Positions 13,817 to 27,714 of a stretch of DNA of 64,000 nucleotides are shown one piece after another; within the stretch, counting starts at the first letter, position 1, and the number at the start of each line of letters is the position of its first letter. The notes beneath the pieces are model-generated. The model worked only from the letters and a program-made list of their open reading frames with translations, ran no database searches and was not told the origin of the DNA. The stretch spans positions 496,001 through 560,000 of the forward strand of contig OZ237749.1 in the NCBI GenBank assembly GCA_965178125.1, given 5' to 3'. The translations under genes and the position numbers were made by a program. Source of the stretch: Bilabrum cf. latius (Eukaryota).

Positions 13817-16800
13817 ATGCGAGCAGCTAGAGGGCAACGGAGACTGCAGTCACTGTACTAGAGGCGATTGTTGTTCCAACTGCAACAGCGAACAGCGCAA
13901 GTGTGGCTGCATACCAGGCCAGGAATGTACCGTGTAAATAAAGCCAGCTAGAAGGAGCAATTATGCAGAAATCTCGCTAGTAGTTCATGCGTTGTTCAGG
14001 GTACCCGTATTTCAACTGAGAGTGAAAGCCCTACGGATGACGTCCTTGCAACCCTCAAGCAGCAGCATTTGGAGCTGAAGGCATACGCTGAAGCTCTTGA
14101 ACTGCAAGTAGAGGATTCCAATATATCTGAGGATCTACACTAGAAAATTTCAAGCCAGATTCGACTGCCTCAGCGCCAACGCGAGCGGAGCGTGAGGGGC
14201 GCTGTTGCAGCAATCATTAGGCTCAGTGCGACGCAAGCTAGCAAAGAAATTGCGCGAATCAAGCTCAAAGAGGACGTTGAATCGGCTGACTATATAAGCA
14301 GTTTGGCATCACCGATTGCGATTTCTCTGCAGAAGCATGCAATCTCAATGGTTAGGCTGGCTGGTCGAGCGGACAGGGTGCTGGCCGCCCTCAGGTAGGC
14401 CCCACCCGGAGCAACCCCCATCGCATCTGATTAGGATCCTGATAAGGCACGTGGCAAACCAAGGGAAATTACAACTAAGTCACAACCTGACAGTTCTCCA
14501 ATCGCACGGTCAAGCTCCGATACAGTCGCATCGGCACACCCTGCACGCCTGGCACTGCAGCAGGAACTCATGGAGCGCGGCTTGCTACAGTTGGACGGAT
14601 CCCCGAATCCGACAAGCGGTGCGTTTGCATAGGCAGCTTCTGCGCTCATGGCGCTTCCCCCATCGCTGCAGAGCAGCATTGCTGGTGACCCGGGTGCCAT
14701 CGAACGGCTCCTCGTCGCAGATGCATCCGTGACAGTTGACTGGGATTCCCTCGGCTCGCATGCTGGCAGCCACGCAGGCGAATCAGTGGCAGGCGTTTCT
14801 AATTCACACGTGTCCGCTGCATCGCCGCAGCAGCCTATAGCGGCACCAGAGCACCTGCTCGGTGCGATACCGCAAGTGACGGATTTTTCGTCTGCGTCAA
14901 CCGAGCGGCTGGACTTGGATGGCTTCACACAGCAGCTCAAACACCTCAGCGGGGCCTCTCAGCAAGCAGCCGTTTCTCTTGTTACAACATTGGTACAGAT
15001 GCAGAGCATCTGCGGGATGGCCACGGAGGCGTTGTGCTTCGTTCGCTCCATGCATGCCGCTGGAATCCCGGTCCGTGCTCGGCACTTCCTGCCCATGCTG
15101 GATCGTGCGGCTGAAGCTGGAGACGTGTCCACCGTAAAGGAAGCCTTAGAAACGATGGATTCCATTGGGATGGCGCCGACAATAGCCATCGTGGCAAGGC
15201 AGATCACTGCATATGGGCTGGGGGCCGACAGGCTCGCTCGCGATGACGCCCTCAAGGCATAGGGCGATGTCACAGGCAAACACGAATTGGGTGAACTCGA
15301 AGAGTCCCGCGGGTTGCTACAAGCTGCATTTGACTAGGCCGTCCAGGTCACGTCAGACCAATCATTTGGCGTGTCTCGCAGCGACAGGAACGGCTTCCTG
15401 GCCGCAATCCTTGCAGCCTTCAGCACTGGTACTGCGAGGCGACTAGGCTGGTCTGTGTTCCCGCACGCCAAGCTGGATCACCTGAGCAGCAAATTGGAGC
15501 TTGACGGAGGAAGTACTGGTGATGGTACCGCGCTGCAGCACACAGTGTCTCCAGCCACGTTGGACTCTCAAGACGATGGCGGCGGCAGCAGCGATGCAAC
15601 CTCGGTGGATGCTGACATGAACTCCGTGCACTTGCCGCCCTCTGAGCTTACTGAGGACGATCTGTCTCTATTGCTGCGGCGTATCGAGGCAGCAATAGCG
15701 GTTGAATCGCCCGCGTACCCTGGGAGAGGAAGAGGCGGGGCACAGGGCCGCGCGGCGGTTAGCCAACACGGAGAGGTATCTTAGCTGGATGCGTTGCGTC
15801 AGCACATCGAGAGGCACGGCCCGTTCGATGCGCTTGTGGACGGCGCGAATCTTGCACATACGCTGCATGCAGACCGCGGCACGGATGGGTTCAGTTTTCC
15901 GCACCTGATCCACGCGGTCAGCTCCATTCGCGGTGCCGGGCTGCGGCCGCTGGTGGTGCTGCACCGGAAGTGGCTGACCAGGAGCAGGATGCAGCCCCTC
16001 GCTGATGCTTTATCGGGTAGGGATCAAAGTGGGCATGGGGACAGGCCCGCGGGGCTTGAAGGCGACCAGCTCCTCAGCACGTTTCGCAAGCAGATGGGCC
16101 TGCCGCCCCAGCAGGCGGTCACGGCGAACGAACTCGCAGACAGGCTGACGGCGTGCCTGGCCCCGGTGCACGGAGGCATGTTCACGACTTGGACTGGAAA
16201 TGACGACTTGTTTTGGATATGGGCTGCATTGCAAGGGCAGATATCGCTGCTGCGGGCAAACCGAAGCGGAAGTGCCAGTGGCGCCGAGGAAGTATCTCTT
16301 CAAGCCAGGCCTGCTGGAATGGCCCGAAGCCGTGGCCCCAGCCGACTTGCCGGAACGAAGGCCCTCTAGGCCGGGACGGGCGGCCTACTTGGGGCACTGC
16401 AAGGCAGTGCAGCTGCGCAGGGCAGTGCAGACTAGGATTCGGCCGGGGCTAGACGTGGCAGCGAGGCAGGGGTGGAGCTGCCGCGGCGCGTGTACGTCGT
16501 GACAAACGATGCAATGAGGGACCACGGAAACATGTCCGAGTGCGGCCCTCTGTTCGCCCGCTGGAGGCTGCTGCACACCATCAGGCCACTGTCGAGGTTT
16601 CCGCTCGAGAGTGGGTCTGTGGGGTCCTGGGACGGAAGCGAGGCCAGCATTCCGGTCCGCGTGCCGCCGGTGGTGGCGTGGCACGCGCACCGTGCTGATG
16701 GATTTGACGGCGAGGCTGGCAGCAAGATTCTGGCCCTGCCGGCGAGCGACATTTCAGCAGACGTTGAGATGACGATGCGCATCCCCGCGGCGCCGGTGCG

Positions 16801-16960
16801 CGACGGATCGAGCGAATCGGAGGAGCTAGACGGCGCGGTATCAGCTCGCAGTGCGCGGGCCTACGTGGCCGGACGGCGGCCCGATCCCTCGGCACAGCCT
16901 TGTGTGGTCGAGATACCTGGACCTATGCAGTGGTGCGTAGTATTGAAAAGAAACACGTGA
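13817..16960 (+). CDS. PRORP: Protein-only RNase P (PRORP; PPR-like region plus NYN nuclease), about 1047 aa with TAG=Gln
   Basis: HGPFDALVDGANLA, VVLH, GNDDLFWIWAAL, VVTNDAMRDH. Five ORF fragments share one frame separated only by TAG. Arg-rich N-terminus; TGA stop. Confidence 0.8.
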
Positions 16961-17134
16961 TTTGCACAGGTTCAATTCGATTCTGCAGCCTCGCAAACCA
17001 TCTGCGCGAGCTATGTCACCATCCATCCCTAGACCATGGTGCTAAAGTACCATTATTACTAGCAGTACGCATATTCTGCGTGCATTTGTCTCTCATGTCT
17101 ACTGTCTGAGTGGTTGCAGCGTGTTCAGCACCGA

Positions 17135-17526
17135 TCACAGGAGGAAAGTGTCCTCCTTGATGGGCAGCAACATTCGGTGAGTAGTTGGCCCAAAGAGATT
17201 CTCCTTGATTTCATCATCAATCTCTACTCTCTTGGGGTTCTTCAGCCATGACTTGACAGAGCTGCAGAGTTGGAAAGTTGGATCACTTGTAGCTGGGTAT
17301 TGACGGTGAACTAGCGACGCAGCGACACAATCAGATGCATTTACCTTGTATCATGCCACTCGCTGAGCACAACAATTCGCTGGGGCTCATGCTCGCAGCG
17401 AAACGCCGTACTCTATACGAATCCACGAGCATCGATCGCAACTTTCCTCATGCTCTTAAGCATGCGGAAAACCGCCCGCTCTTTGCCCTCGAGTACAAGA
17501 CGCTCGGTTAAGACTCGGACTGACAT
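17135..17526 (-). CDS. Small ABM (antibiotic biosynthesis monooxygenase)-like protein, 2 exons
   Basis: GFV*STAFRCEHEPQRIVVLSEWHD|..SVKSWLKNP; GTAAAT..CAG intron; TGA stop. Confidence 0.5.
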
Positions 17527-17723
17527 GTTCTTGTCAACGAGACCTGTTCAAACAGTGCCAGTTAAGTCTGCAAGAACGGTCTCGCTTGTGGTGCGGCTCC
17601 GGACGGTTTCTGGCTGTTCATGCGTTGGTGGTTTTGTGGCAAGTTCGGGGTGGTAGTGTTGAGTTCACATAACATTGCAAATCACATTGGCCCTGGAATA
17701 CGCTCTCGGTGGACTGGGCATGC

Positions 17724-20699
17724 TCAACCAGACGAATCACCAGCTGGGGGCCCCGGTGGCGGCGGTGGCGGAGGCGGTGGTGGAGGCGCCGATGGCGGCT
17801 ACCCGCCAGCTCCTGCCATCCCTGGCTACCCTTGTAACTGGACTCCTGCTTGCGCCTGCTCGGGCTGCTGGAAATGCGCATAACCCATAGAATGCTGCTG
17901 CTGCTGCTGCTGCTGCTGCTACATGGCCTGGTGGAATCCAGGGTGAAATTGCGGCTGTTGATGAAAACCCATGCCTGGCATCATCATCATCGCCTGCCCG
18001 TGCCCTTGCATCTGCATCGTCTGCCCCTGCATCTGCCCATGCGTGTGCGCTCCTCCGTACATTGAGTGTGGTTGCTAAAAACCAGGTGCCACCATCCCCT
18101 GCATAGGCTGCTGCTGGTACATGGCAGCACCGAGCGGCTGCATCGCTGCCTGCTGGTGCGTCTACTGCGGTCTGGCTTGAGGCATCCCGGCCTGCTGGTG
18201 GAACGGTGGGCCCGGTGGTCCCTGCTGCTGGTGCTTTACAGTGGTTGGTTGCTTCCCGGCGGTCGCCCAGGCCTTCGCGATGGCAGCCAATCCAGCGGTG
18301 GATCCGTCGGCCTCCATGGCTGCATGCATCTGGGCGCGCATCCTCGCCTGCTCCTCCTCCTTTTTCTGCTGCCGCCGCTGCTGCTCCTGCAGCACGAGCA
18401 TCTCTTGCTCCTGGATGGCCGCGAGGTGCATCTCGAGAGACTTGGCCTGCTCCGCCACCGCCTCCTGGGCTGCTGCAACCGGGTCTGTGGTCTTCGTGCC
18501 CTCGCCTTCCCCTGCTGCAGCTGCGTCTGAGCCTGCGCCGTCTGCACTTGCCGGTCGCTCCGCCGAATCTGACTGAGCTGCAGTGGGCACAGGAGCGGGT
18601 GCTGTGGACGGTGCCTGTGTGGTCGCATCACCCCGCGGTGCCGAAGACGATGCCGCGGCCGCTGAAGAGCTTGAAGACGACAAACCAACACCATGGCTTG
18701 CAGGCGCCTGTGACTTTGGGCTCGGACTAGGTATACCGAGACGATCCCGCATGGCCTTCAGCTCAGCTTCCCTCCGCTGCGCCTCGGCTTGCATCGCCAG
18801 CACCCTCATTTTCTCCGCCTCGAGGAGAGCCTGCCTCTGGGCCTGAGCCGTGGCCGCGAGCTCGGCGTCGTGCTTCTTCTTCCACTCGAGATAGGACGTC
18901 GCAGCTTCACCGGGTGCAGACCCTGACCCTCCTGCCGCCGACGATGATGATGAAGAAGAAGAAAAGGAAGATGATGACGACGACGATGATGATGAAGCTG
19001 CCTGGCCTGATGCGGCCCCGGTGCCTTTGGAGGCGCTGCCTGACTCTCCTGACCCTCCCGATGCGCCGGCAGGAGCCGCAATCCCGTCGTTATCGCCATC
19101 GTCCGCGTCGGTATCAAGCGACACGCCGGCAGCCTTGGCTTTTTGCGCGAGCGCAAGGGCGGTCTTGTCTCCCTGGCTGGCCATGAACTTGATGTAATCC
19201 CTGTCCTCTGCACTGTACTTGCTTGGGTCCACGTCGATGAGCAAAAAGAGCGTGTCCACGGGCTTCTGGCTGCCTGATGAAGCCTCCTGCTGCCGCTCGA
19301 GCTGCATGAGCTCCCACTGCTTGCGACCAAGCGCCGCAGCACCTGCCCCGAGCCCGCCATTGTACACCTGCAGCTCCATCTGCTGGTACTCTTTGTGCTG
19401 CTGCAACGACTCGTCCATCTGCATCAGCCGCTTCACCACATCGGCACACGCCTCGACGGCCGATAGGTCTGAGCCCTCCACGAGCGCGTACGTGGGAGCC
19501 CCCCCATCGGGGGCGGCCTGCCTCCCCTCCTTGTGAGCCGATTTGCCCCGAATGCTGATGTTGCACAGGGTCTCCCGCATCAGCCGCTTCTGCGTGTTCC
19601 CCCGCGGCCCCAGCACGAAGCCCATCACGTCCTTCTCGTCGCAGCCAGGGGGCATGGGCACCCTCCGTGCGAAACGCGCGCCCGTGCCCAGCTGCCCTTT
19701 GCCCGAGGTCGAGCCGGGCCCGCCGCTGGCCTCCTCGATGGCAGCATGCGCAGCCACCGCCGGGTGCTCGTCGTCGATCCTGACTCGCAGCCTTCGCCCG
19801 CCCACGATCTCGGGGTAGAGGTCAATGAGCTCTTCGATCAGCTTTTCCTTCTCCTCAACCAGGGCTTTGATCCTCCTCTGCAGCCTAGAGTTGGTCCGCT
19901 TGCCCGTGTCGTCGTATTGGGGCGCCGGGGAGCGAGGCCGGTTGGGGTCGTCTCCCTCGGCCACAGCCACCTCTGGCGCCTGCAAGAGCTAAAGGTTCAC
20001 TTCATCGATGCGAACCTTGAGAAGAAAAGCCCGCTGCTGCCGCAAGGTGAGGCCGCCCGGCATGAGAGTGGCGTGAGCCGGCAGCACGCGGGCCCCGAAT
20101 CGAGTGCTCGTGCGCTCCTTGGCCTCCCATCTTCGCCGGCGGCGGCGCTTGCGAGGAGGCTGCTGCGGGGCCGCCGCGCTGCTCTGATGGGTAGAGCTGC
20201 CTGCCTGAACGCCTGCTCCTGACGACCCGTGCTGCTCCGTACCTGTCGTTGCTGGCAGCGATGGGGCGATTGCAGAGCTCAATCCTTCCCTCGTCGCAGA
20301 AACTTGCTCTGTAGCACGTTTGATATCAACTGCACTTGAAGCGCTGCTCTATTTTGAGTCCTTAGGAGATACTGGAGCGGACGCCGCACCCGGTGGCGCT
20401 AATTCGGCAGCCGGAGCAGAAGTATGATTTGCTCCAGCGATGGATACAAGCTCCGCGCCGCTCAGTGGGTCCCGGCCGGAATCTGTGCGATCCTAGGATA
20501 CTCTGAATGCCTTTTGAACTCCAGCATAATGCGTCCAACTCGACAAGTCTTGCCAAAACGTAGGAAAGCTGCCAAACTCAGACACTAGCTCCGGGCAAGC
20601 CTTGTACCACTTCTTCATCGGCTTGTGAATTCCCTTTAGCGTGGCTTGCTCCTCCTGAGCACGCTCCTGGGCCATACGGGCCCCGCTATCGTCTGCCAT
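17724..20699 (-). CDS. SF1: Splicing factor 1 / branchpoint-binding protein (KH domain; Q/P-rich tail)
   Basis: KRRRRRRW, RSPAPQYDDTGKRTNSR, GFVLGPRGNTQKRL..ISIRGKS. One frame across several TAGs, including one heading a (CAG)8 run at 17919-17921; TGA stop. Confidence 0.85.
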
Positions 20700-20811
20700 T
20701 TGGGAAGGAACAATAAATGGACGTACTGGGCGACGATTTGTGCTATTGCTTGCAGTCCTGTGAAGATGCACTGTTCAAAATCTGGTTTGATCGGCAGCCC
20801 GATTGGATCGG

Positions 20812-21831
20812 TCACTCATTTTGTGGCAACGCCCCCAATCCGCTCCCGTCGTTGCTCATCACAGCACCGAGCAGTTCCTTCTCCTACTCGTCCCGGGGCA
20901 CGAAGAACCTGGGGACCGTCCACCTCGTCTCTCGGGTCACCTCGTGCCAAAAGTAGCAGTCCCCCCTCTGAAGCTGCTCGGGGCTGCGGGGCGCCAGTCC
21001 GTTCTTCTTGTCCGCGAGCTCTGCAAGGACCGGACTCCTGGGCACGTACCCGCTCCTCTGCAGCCTCCAGTACCTCGCCATCCGCATGGACTGCAGGGGA
21101 ACAGCACCCCCCTTCTCAGACGCTCTCTCCGCGTCTGCCTGCGTCGGCCCGTGGCCCGGAAGAGCTCCCAAGATATTTCCCGTCAGGGCGCGGCGCAAGG
21201 CCGCACCGTCCGGAACGACAGCCCCGTCTCCGATCTCTGCGAAGAGCCAGGGCCTCGCCGTCTCCAGCTGCTCGATCCGCTCCTGCTTTATGGCAGCGGG
21301 GTTGCCGGGCAGAAAACCAATGTCCACGGTGCCTGTCTGAGTTTCAACTTCCTTGGTGAGGTGAAGCAATGGGATTGGGATGGTGGTCTCGGTCCGACCG
21401 ATGCCCAGGGGACCGAGCATGCTGTGCGAGACGTACCTGACGTACAAGCCGTCCGGAGACAGAAACATGTACTTCGCGTTCTAGAACGCCATCCGCTTCC
21501 CAAAAACAAGGGTCATTCCGCCTGTACCTAGCCCCAACGCGGTGGGGAAGAAACCTAGCACGTCTGGGAGGCCCTGAAACGTCGTCATAGCGTGGTTGAC
21601 GACCACGAACGTGGCCAAACTAGCGCCTCCTAGCACTAATGCCATGATTGTGTTCTGCTTTCGGTTTCCACTAGCAAACAATAACCTCTCTCCGTCCTGA
21701 GCTGGCGCTCTCACCGCAGCTACAGCATCCAGCATTGCTCGGCTTGACTGCGTCAATCCATCGCTGTCTACTCCTTGCTCTTTTCTGGTCGGTGCGCAGC
21801 CGTGGATCGATCGAAGCTAACTAGATTCCAT
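20812..21831 (-). CDS. Hypothetical membrane protein with C-terminal WW-like domain
   Basis: Two hydrophobic segments and DCYFWHEVTRETRWTVP. ORFs 21481..21756 and 20884..21468 join across TAG. Confidence 0.55.
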
Positions 21832-22180
21832 TCTTTTCTAACTGCGACCCCAACTATTCGATCGTTCTTTCCAATGGGGAATAATCGCGTGCGTATCAGC
21901 GAGGCTTGACACGGCCTGGCAGCTAGACCATAGGGATCGCGAAAACAACCTTCCTCGTGTCTACAGTCTCATCAGTCGTAGTGAATGCATTGTAAATTCA
22001 CCGAGGCACGTCCGTTCGGCTGCACCGAAGGCTTCTGAGGGCAACGCAAGTTCACTTGATGGTGTCCAATATTTGCACGCAACAATGCCGAAATGGCAGC
22101 CATTGGAAGGCGCCGTGTAATGCTGGGTTTAGAACAACTATTCAGACACCAATCCATCAATTCAAGCTCCGGCCTCTGCC

Positions 22181-23017
22181 TCACTGCCTGCCACCCTCCT
22201 GCCCATCGGCCCCGTCGTCTGCTGCGCTGTCTGCTTCTGGCGCAGGCGACGATGCAGCCGGCTTGCCCGATTCCACGGGGAGCCTGGGCCCTCCCCTACG
22301 CCTAGGGCCAGTCAACTGTCTTGCCTATGCCTCAGCCAGGGTGGGATTCTCGGGAATCCCGAACACGATCTGCCTCGTCGGGTCGTCCTCGCGCCTGGGC
22401 AGCTTGCCAGAGAGCATGGCAGTCAGCTCGCCGATACCCTCGTGGGGCACCTCGGGGTCATCCGGGTCTCCCACCAGGCCCTTCGTGGGTGCCTTCATGA
22501 ACTTTCGGATGCTCTCCACCTCGAGGTCGTACGCGGCCGCGCGCTCCCTCTCGAGGCGCGACTCGACGTCCACGGCGATTTGGTCCCTGCGAGCCTTCTG
22601 CTCCGGGGTCAAATCGTACCGAGCGATGTCTCTCTCGCGCTATCGTTCCAATTTTCGCTGGCCCTGAACTCGTTTCTCCATCAAGGCGGGCATGCCAGTG
22701 GCGTGCACCGCTCCGCAGACTGCAGCGAACGAGTACGGCTCAGTCTGAGCCAGGTTGGACAGCACTGCTCGATTCAAGCGAATCCCACTGTCAGCAAGAC
22801 AGCCCATGAGCTCACTATACCGCAGGCCTTGCTGTTTTGCCGCGGCATTGATCGACTGAATCCACTCCTTTCGCATCCGTCGGCGGTGCTGCTTGCGCCC
22901 CGCGTACGCATATTGCAAAGCTTTCTCGACACGGCGTTTCGCAACCCTGTAGCAATTCTTAGACCTACCACGGTAGCCTTTCGCTAATCTCAAGATCTTC
23001 TTGTGCTTGGGCTTCAT
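22181..23017 (-). CDS. rplT: Organellar (likely mitochondrial) ribosomal protein bL20 with C-terminal extension
   Basis: KHKKILRLAKGYRGRSKNCYRVAK..KALQYAYAGRK..WIQSINAA..LNRAVLSNLAQTEPYSF. Continues across TAGs at 22640 and 22325 to TGA 22181. Confidence 0.85.
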
Positions 23018-23266
23018 GACTACGGCCCCTAGTTACGATCGATGTTAATTGTAGTCCGACTATACTCGTATGCAAACGGAACACAAGCGTAATCACCCAC
23101 ACGTTGGATTCTATCCACAAGTTCAAACAATAGGACGTCTCGAATAGGACGATGTGGACGCTTCCAGTGCTTGAATTTCGCGTGCTGACGGTCGTGAGGC
23201 AAACAGTCGTTGTAAGGTGTACCTTCAGCAGAAAATAACCATCAAAAAATCGAGCAAGCGCAGCGC

Positions 23267-26200
23267 TTAGTGCAGGTCTTGCGAACGCAGGGGTTGTCCC
23301 TAGTCGCGCCTATCAGTCTCCTTCATGCTCACCCCTTCCTCCTCCCAAGTCCCGCCGGCTCCGCCCACCCCGACCCCGGAGATGTCCCCGTCATCAATCC
23401 CCACGAAGCTCGGGTCCACCTGCGAACCAGCCACATGAGCCCCGCCAGCACTGCCCCGAATGCGCCCCTACCCCTAGCCCTAGCCCCAGATCTAGCCCCT
23501 ACCTGTCGCAAACCTGCTGCGCCTGGCAGACTGGGTATCCACGAGCGAAGGGGGTGCCGTCTCTTGCAGCCGACGCGAGGACGACGACCCTGCCGCCGCA
23601 GACCGCCTGCCAGTGCTCACCTTCTCGCCGTCCACGTACACTTCCGCATCCGGGTCACCAAGAACTCTGACGTCACTCGATGATCCGCCTCGCTTGGATG
23701 CTCCGCCGGTGATCACTTCAACGACCGAGGACCGGCGGCGGGACCTACGGCCACGGCGCGAAGCACCTGCTCCGTTGCGGTGCTCGCTCTCTTTCCCATC
23801 GCCAGCCGCTGCTGCCCCGTCGTCCAGCTGGGTCGTCGTCACACGGACACGGGGCCCGCGGGAGGACCCCGACTTAGAAGGGGACCGGTCAAACTCAACG
23901 GCGATTTCTATCTCGTCGTCGCGCTCGTCTCTGCCCGTAGTCGCCGCGGCGCTCCGCTTCAGCTTCAGCTGTCGCCGGGCCTACCTCTCTTGTTCCCTGG
24001 CACGCACAACCGCGAGCTTCGCCTCCGCGGTCTCGGCTTGTTCCCTGGCACGACGAGCGTCCTTCCGCGCCCTGGCCGAACGCTGCTGCTCCTCTTCCAC
24101 CAGACCCAGGAAACGCTGCGATTCGCTCGCGCCCTACCGCAGCTCGGACTCCAGCTCGCCGCAGCGCAGGTTCGATTCCCTGAGCTGCTGCTCCAGCTCG
24201 GTGCACTGCATTGCAAGGTCGTCTCTCTCCCCGGTCAGTCGCCTGCACGTGCCCGCCAGCTTGTCGTGGAGCGCCCGGATCCGCTTCGCCTGCTCCCTCA
24301 ACTGCGTCTTCTCGCCGACGGCTCTCGATCGCTCACGCTCGACATCGAGGAGCTTCTTGCGAAGGTCCTGTTGCATGCGCTGGAGCTCCTCTCCTTGTTC
24401 CCTGAGGGAGCTGGCCCTCTGCTCGGCGTCCTGCAGCTGTCCCTGGGATTTGCGCAGGGAATGCTCGCCCTCCTCGAGCAACTGCTCCGCGCGCTCCTCG
24501 GCGGCCGATGCTCGGCTCCTCGCCTCTGCCGCCTCTGTCCTGGCCCGAATCGCCTCTGCGTCCGCCCTCCGCGCATCGTCACTGACCTCCCGCAGCGCAA
24601 GTTCCGCTTCTTCTGCGCGGCGCCGCAGAGCCTCCGCGTCGGCCCTGGAGTCGTCCGCCCGAGCCGCTTTGGCACGCGCCTCCTCCAGCTCGTCCATGGC
24701 CTCGGCCGCCTATGCCTTCGCACGGGTCAGCTGCAACTCGGAATCGATCAGCCGCACCTCGAGGGCTTCCACCTGACCCCGCAGGTCGGCCGTCTCGACG
24801 TCCCTGACGGCGTCGTCGGCAAACGAGCCCCTCGAGGGGGGGCTGCCCCCGCGGCTGACCGAGGCCAGGGGAGCTCGAAGCTTGCGGGCGCTGCCGCCGG
24901 GAGCACCCGCCTTGCCGAAACCGCTGCCGCTACTTTGGCCCTCGACGAAGCTGCCGAGCCTGGATCCCCCCTTGTTCCCTGGTTTGCGACCAGAGGTCGC
25001 AAGAGCAAGTGCCACCCTCGAGTGCGCCGAGCCCAGCGGAGTGGAGGGGCTGTCGGCGCCGCGCGCAGCGGAACCTACCGTCAGTTTGCCGAGGGGCATC
25101 AGATCCGTGCCGCCCTCGGTCCTACCGCCGCCCCCGCTCTCGCTCTCGCTCTGGCTCTCGCTGCTACCAACGCCTCCGCCGATCCCCGACCGACCCCCCA
25201 CAGTGGACGCGCCCAGCCCCTTGATCCGATCCTGAAGCTCCTTCAGCGCCCTCCTGCACTCCTCCAGCTCCGCGCCCTGTTCCTCCACCATCTCCAGGAG
25301 CAGCGGCCGCTGGTGGAGGTGCCTCTCCAGCTCAGGGCACAAATCGCGGAACATGGACAAGGCGCGGCCCACCGCGGCGCCGGCGCTGTAAGGCTCTTCG
25401 TCGCCCGTTCGATCTTCATCTTCGAATTCGCCGGGCTCCTCGCCCCTCTCGACCGCCGCAAGCGCCTCGCGCAGCCTCCCCGTACCCGCGCCGCTGTCCC
25501 CCGCACGCAGCCCCGCCCCCGCCCTGGCCCTCAGCTCGGCAGCCGCCCGTCCGCGGGCCGCGACGGGCCCGGGACGGGCCCCCGCCCCCGAGTCGCCCAA
25601 TCCACCGGTGGACTGCATCCACCGGTCGTGCGCCGTGGCACCTTCCTCCTCCCGCTCCGAGGCAGCCACGAACGCCGCCACCACTCGCTCCAGCCCATTC
25701 GCCAGCGCCTCTGCTGTTCCCTGGGCGTCCTGCTCCATGGCATCTAGCCGCCTGCACTTGGCCTGCAGGCTGTCCCGCTCTTTGCTAGCTCCGCTGGCCT
25801 CGCGCTGCAATGCAGTGATCCTTGCCCTGGCGGCAGCGAGCTCCTGCTGCGCGGTCCGGAGCCGCCTCGCCTGCGCGTCCTGGGACTCGCGGTCTGAATG
25901 TTCCGCTTGGCGCCGCGCATTTTCGGCCTTGGAGGCCCGCGCCCTGGCCTCTTCCAGAGCGGTCTCAAGCCTCTAGCCGTCCGCCTGCAGCGCCCTAACC
26001 TCCTGCTCCTGCGCCTCGACTCGTCCCCTGAGCCCAGCCATCTCCGAGCGAAGAGCCTCTTCCCGGCGCCGCGCATCCTCACCTTCAAGTTCCGCTTCCC
26101 GGCGCGCCGTCTCCACCTCGGCCGAGGCGGCAGCTCTGGCATCGGCTGCCTGCTCGCTCGCGAGGCGCACCCTCTCCCCCGCTTGTTCCCTGAGGGCCTC

Positions 26201-27349
26201 TGCCTCCCGCTGCAGTGCCCGCAGCTCTTCCACGGACTAAGTTGCCTTCTCGCGGGCCCGCTTTGCTTGTTCCCTGGCGATGGCCGCGTCAGACTCGGCC
26301 TTGTCGGCCCGAGCCTTGGCGCTGCGGAGCTCTGCCTCCTACCGCGCGGCGCCGGCGCCGCGCGCTTGTTCCGCAGCGACGGAGGCGTCCCGGTCCCGCT
26401 TCGCGGCGGCACGCAGCTGCGACACCTCGTCCCTGGCCCTCTGCGCCGCAGCGCGGTGGCTCTCCGCCTCTGCGCGGGCCGAGCCGACCTCCCTGTCCAC
26501 GTCCCTGCGGTGCTCCTCGCGCACCTGCCTGATCCGATCCTCGTGCCTCTGACGCTGTTCCCCGGCCGCTTCCCGCGACGCCCTCAGTTCCCTTTCCAGC
26601 CTCCTGTTCTCCGATTCGAGTCGGGATATCTTCTCTCGAATCAGGGGCGCCGTCTGCCGGAGCGTTTCGCGGGTGGCGCTCGCCTGCACTGCACTGCTGC
26701 GCAAGTAGGGGCTGCCATGTCTGCTGCTGCTGCTGTTGCTGCTCAGCAGTGCCCCGCTTCCGACCGGCGGTGACCGAAGCCCTCGTCTCGCTGGGGTGTA
26801 CTATGACTGTGCGAGCGCGTGCCGGCCAGGCAGTTGCTCGCGGTTCGCGAGGGGGGTGCCGCCCATTGCCCTCGATTCGACATCGATGCCGGCCGAAGAT
26901 GCTCCCAAACCGCTCGGTGCTTGCATGGTTTCAGTGGCGGGTGAAAGACCCGCTGCAGCGAGCGACTGCCGCAGGCGTGCCCCGCTCCCGCTGGGCGCCG
27001 GGCTCACACCGCCGGACCGAGAGATTCTACCTTCAAATGATTCGTCTCTCATCATGTAAGACGATTTACCTAAATCCTGCTCGTCGACCGCAGCAGGCCC
27101 CGGCGTGAAAGGCAGCCGCCTGCCAGAGTCTGCAGCCAGCCGTTGCTGCTCAAAACGCCGGGAGGATTCGGTGTGCCCCATCGACTCTATGTCCCCGCGC
27201 TCCGACGAAAACTGTGTCTGATCAAGTTCATCTCCATCCAGCTACGTTGGCGTCGTACTGGGCTCCGTAGGCCCCACATCGCCAGCCTAGTCTTGACGAG
27301 GGAGACGACCGGACCGGGTGGATGGATCGAGGGGTGGCGACTCTGACAT
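23267..27349 (-). CDS. Large coiled-coil protein (about 1360 aa with TAG=Gln)
   Basis: Six ORF fragments are in one frame, separated by TAG. E/R/A-rich heptad-like sequence; TAA stop. Confidence 0.7.
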
Positions 27350-27714
27350 TCGAAGCAGCTACTGCAACAGCTTAGACTAATAACGTAAACCTCTACCACC
27401 AAACGATTGAAGGCTCACTGGAAGAGGTGCATGAGCGACGCCGGGCAGCAACAGCCATAGAATCATCACCGAACGTTCGTTATCACAAATACTTTGTGAA
27501 AACACACTGTATAATAAGCAGCTGATCGGCAGTGGCATCATCAGTCAATCTGTGGACAAAGGCAATATATTTTCAGATCATGTAAGAAGGATTGACTATT
27601 GGTATTTAGTACCAACTAGTTTCGAGCTGATCAGGGGTAAATTGCCGGATGTAAGCCTCCGTTTGAACGCCGATTGGTCACACGAACCGCATCGTACTTC
27701 TGTTGTATCGCAGC

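Noticed and set aside
23613-26773. Long plus-strand ORFs (387, 655, 291 aa)
   Set aside because: Antisense shadows of the GC-rich coiled-coil gene; the same applies to most overlapping ORFs across 1-37 kb.
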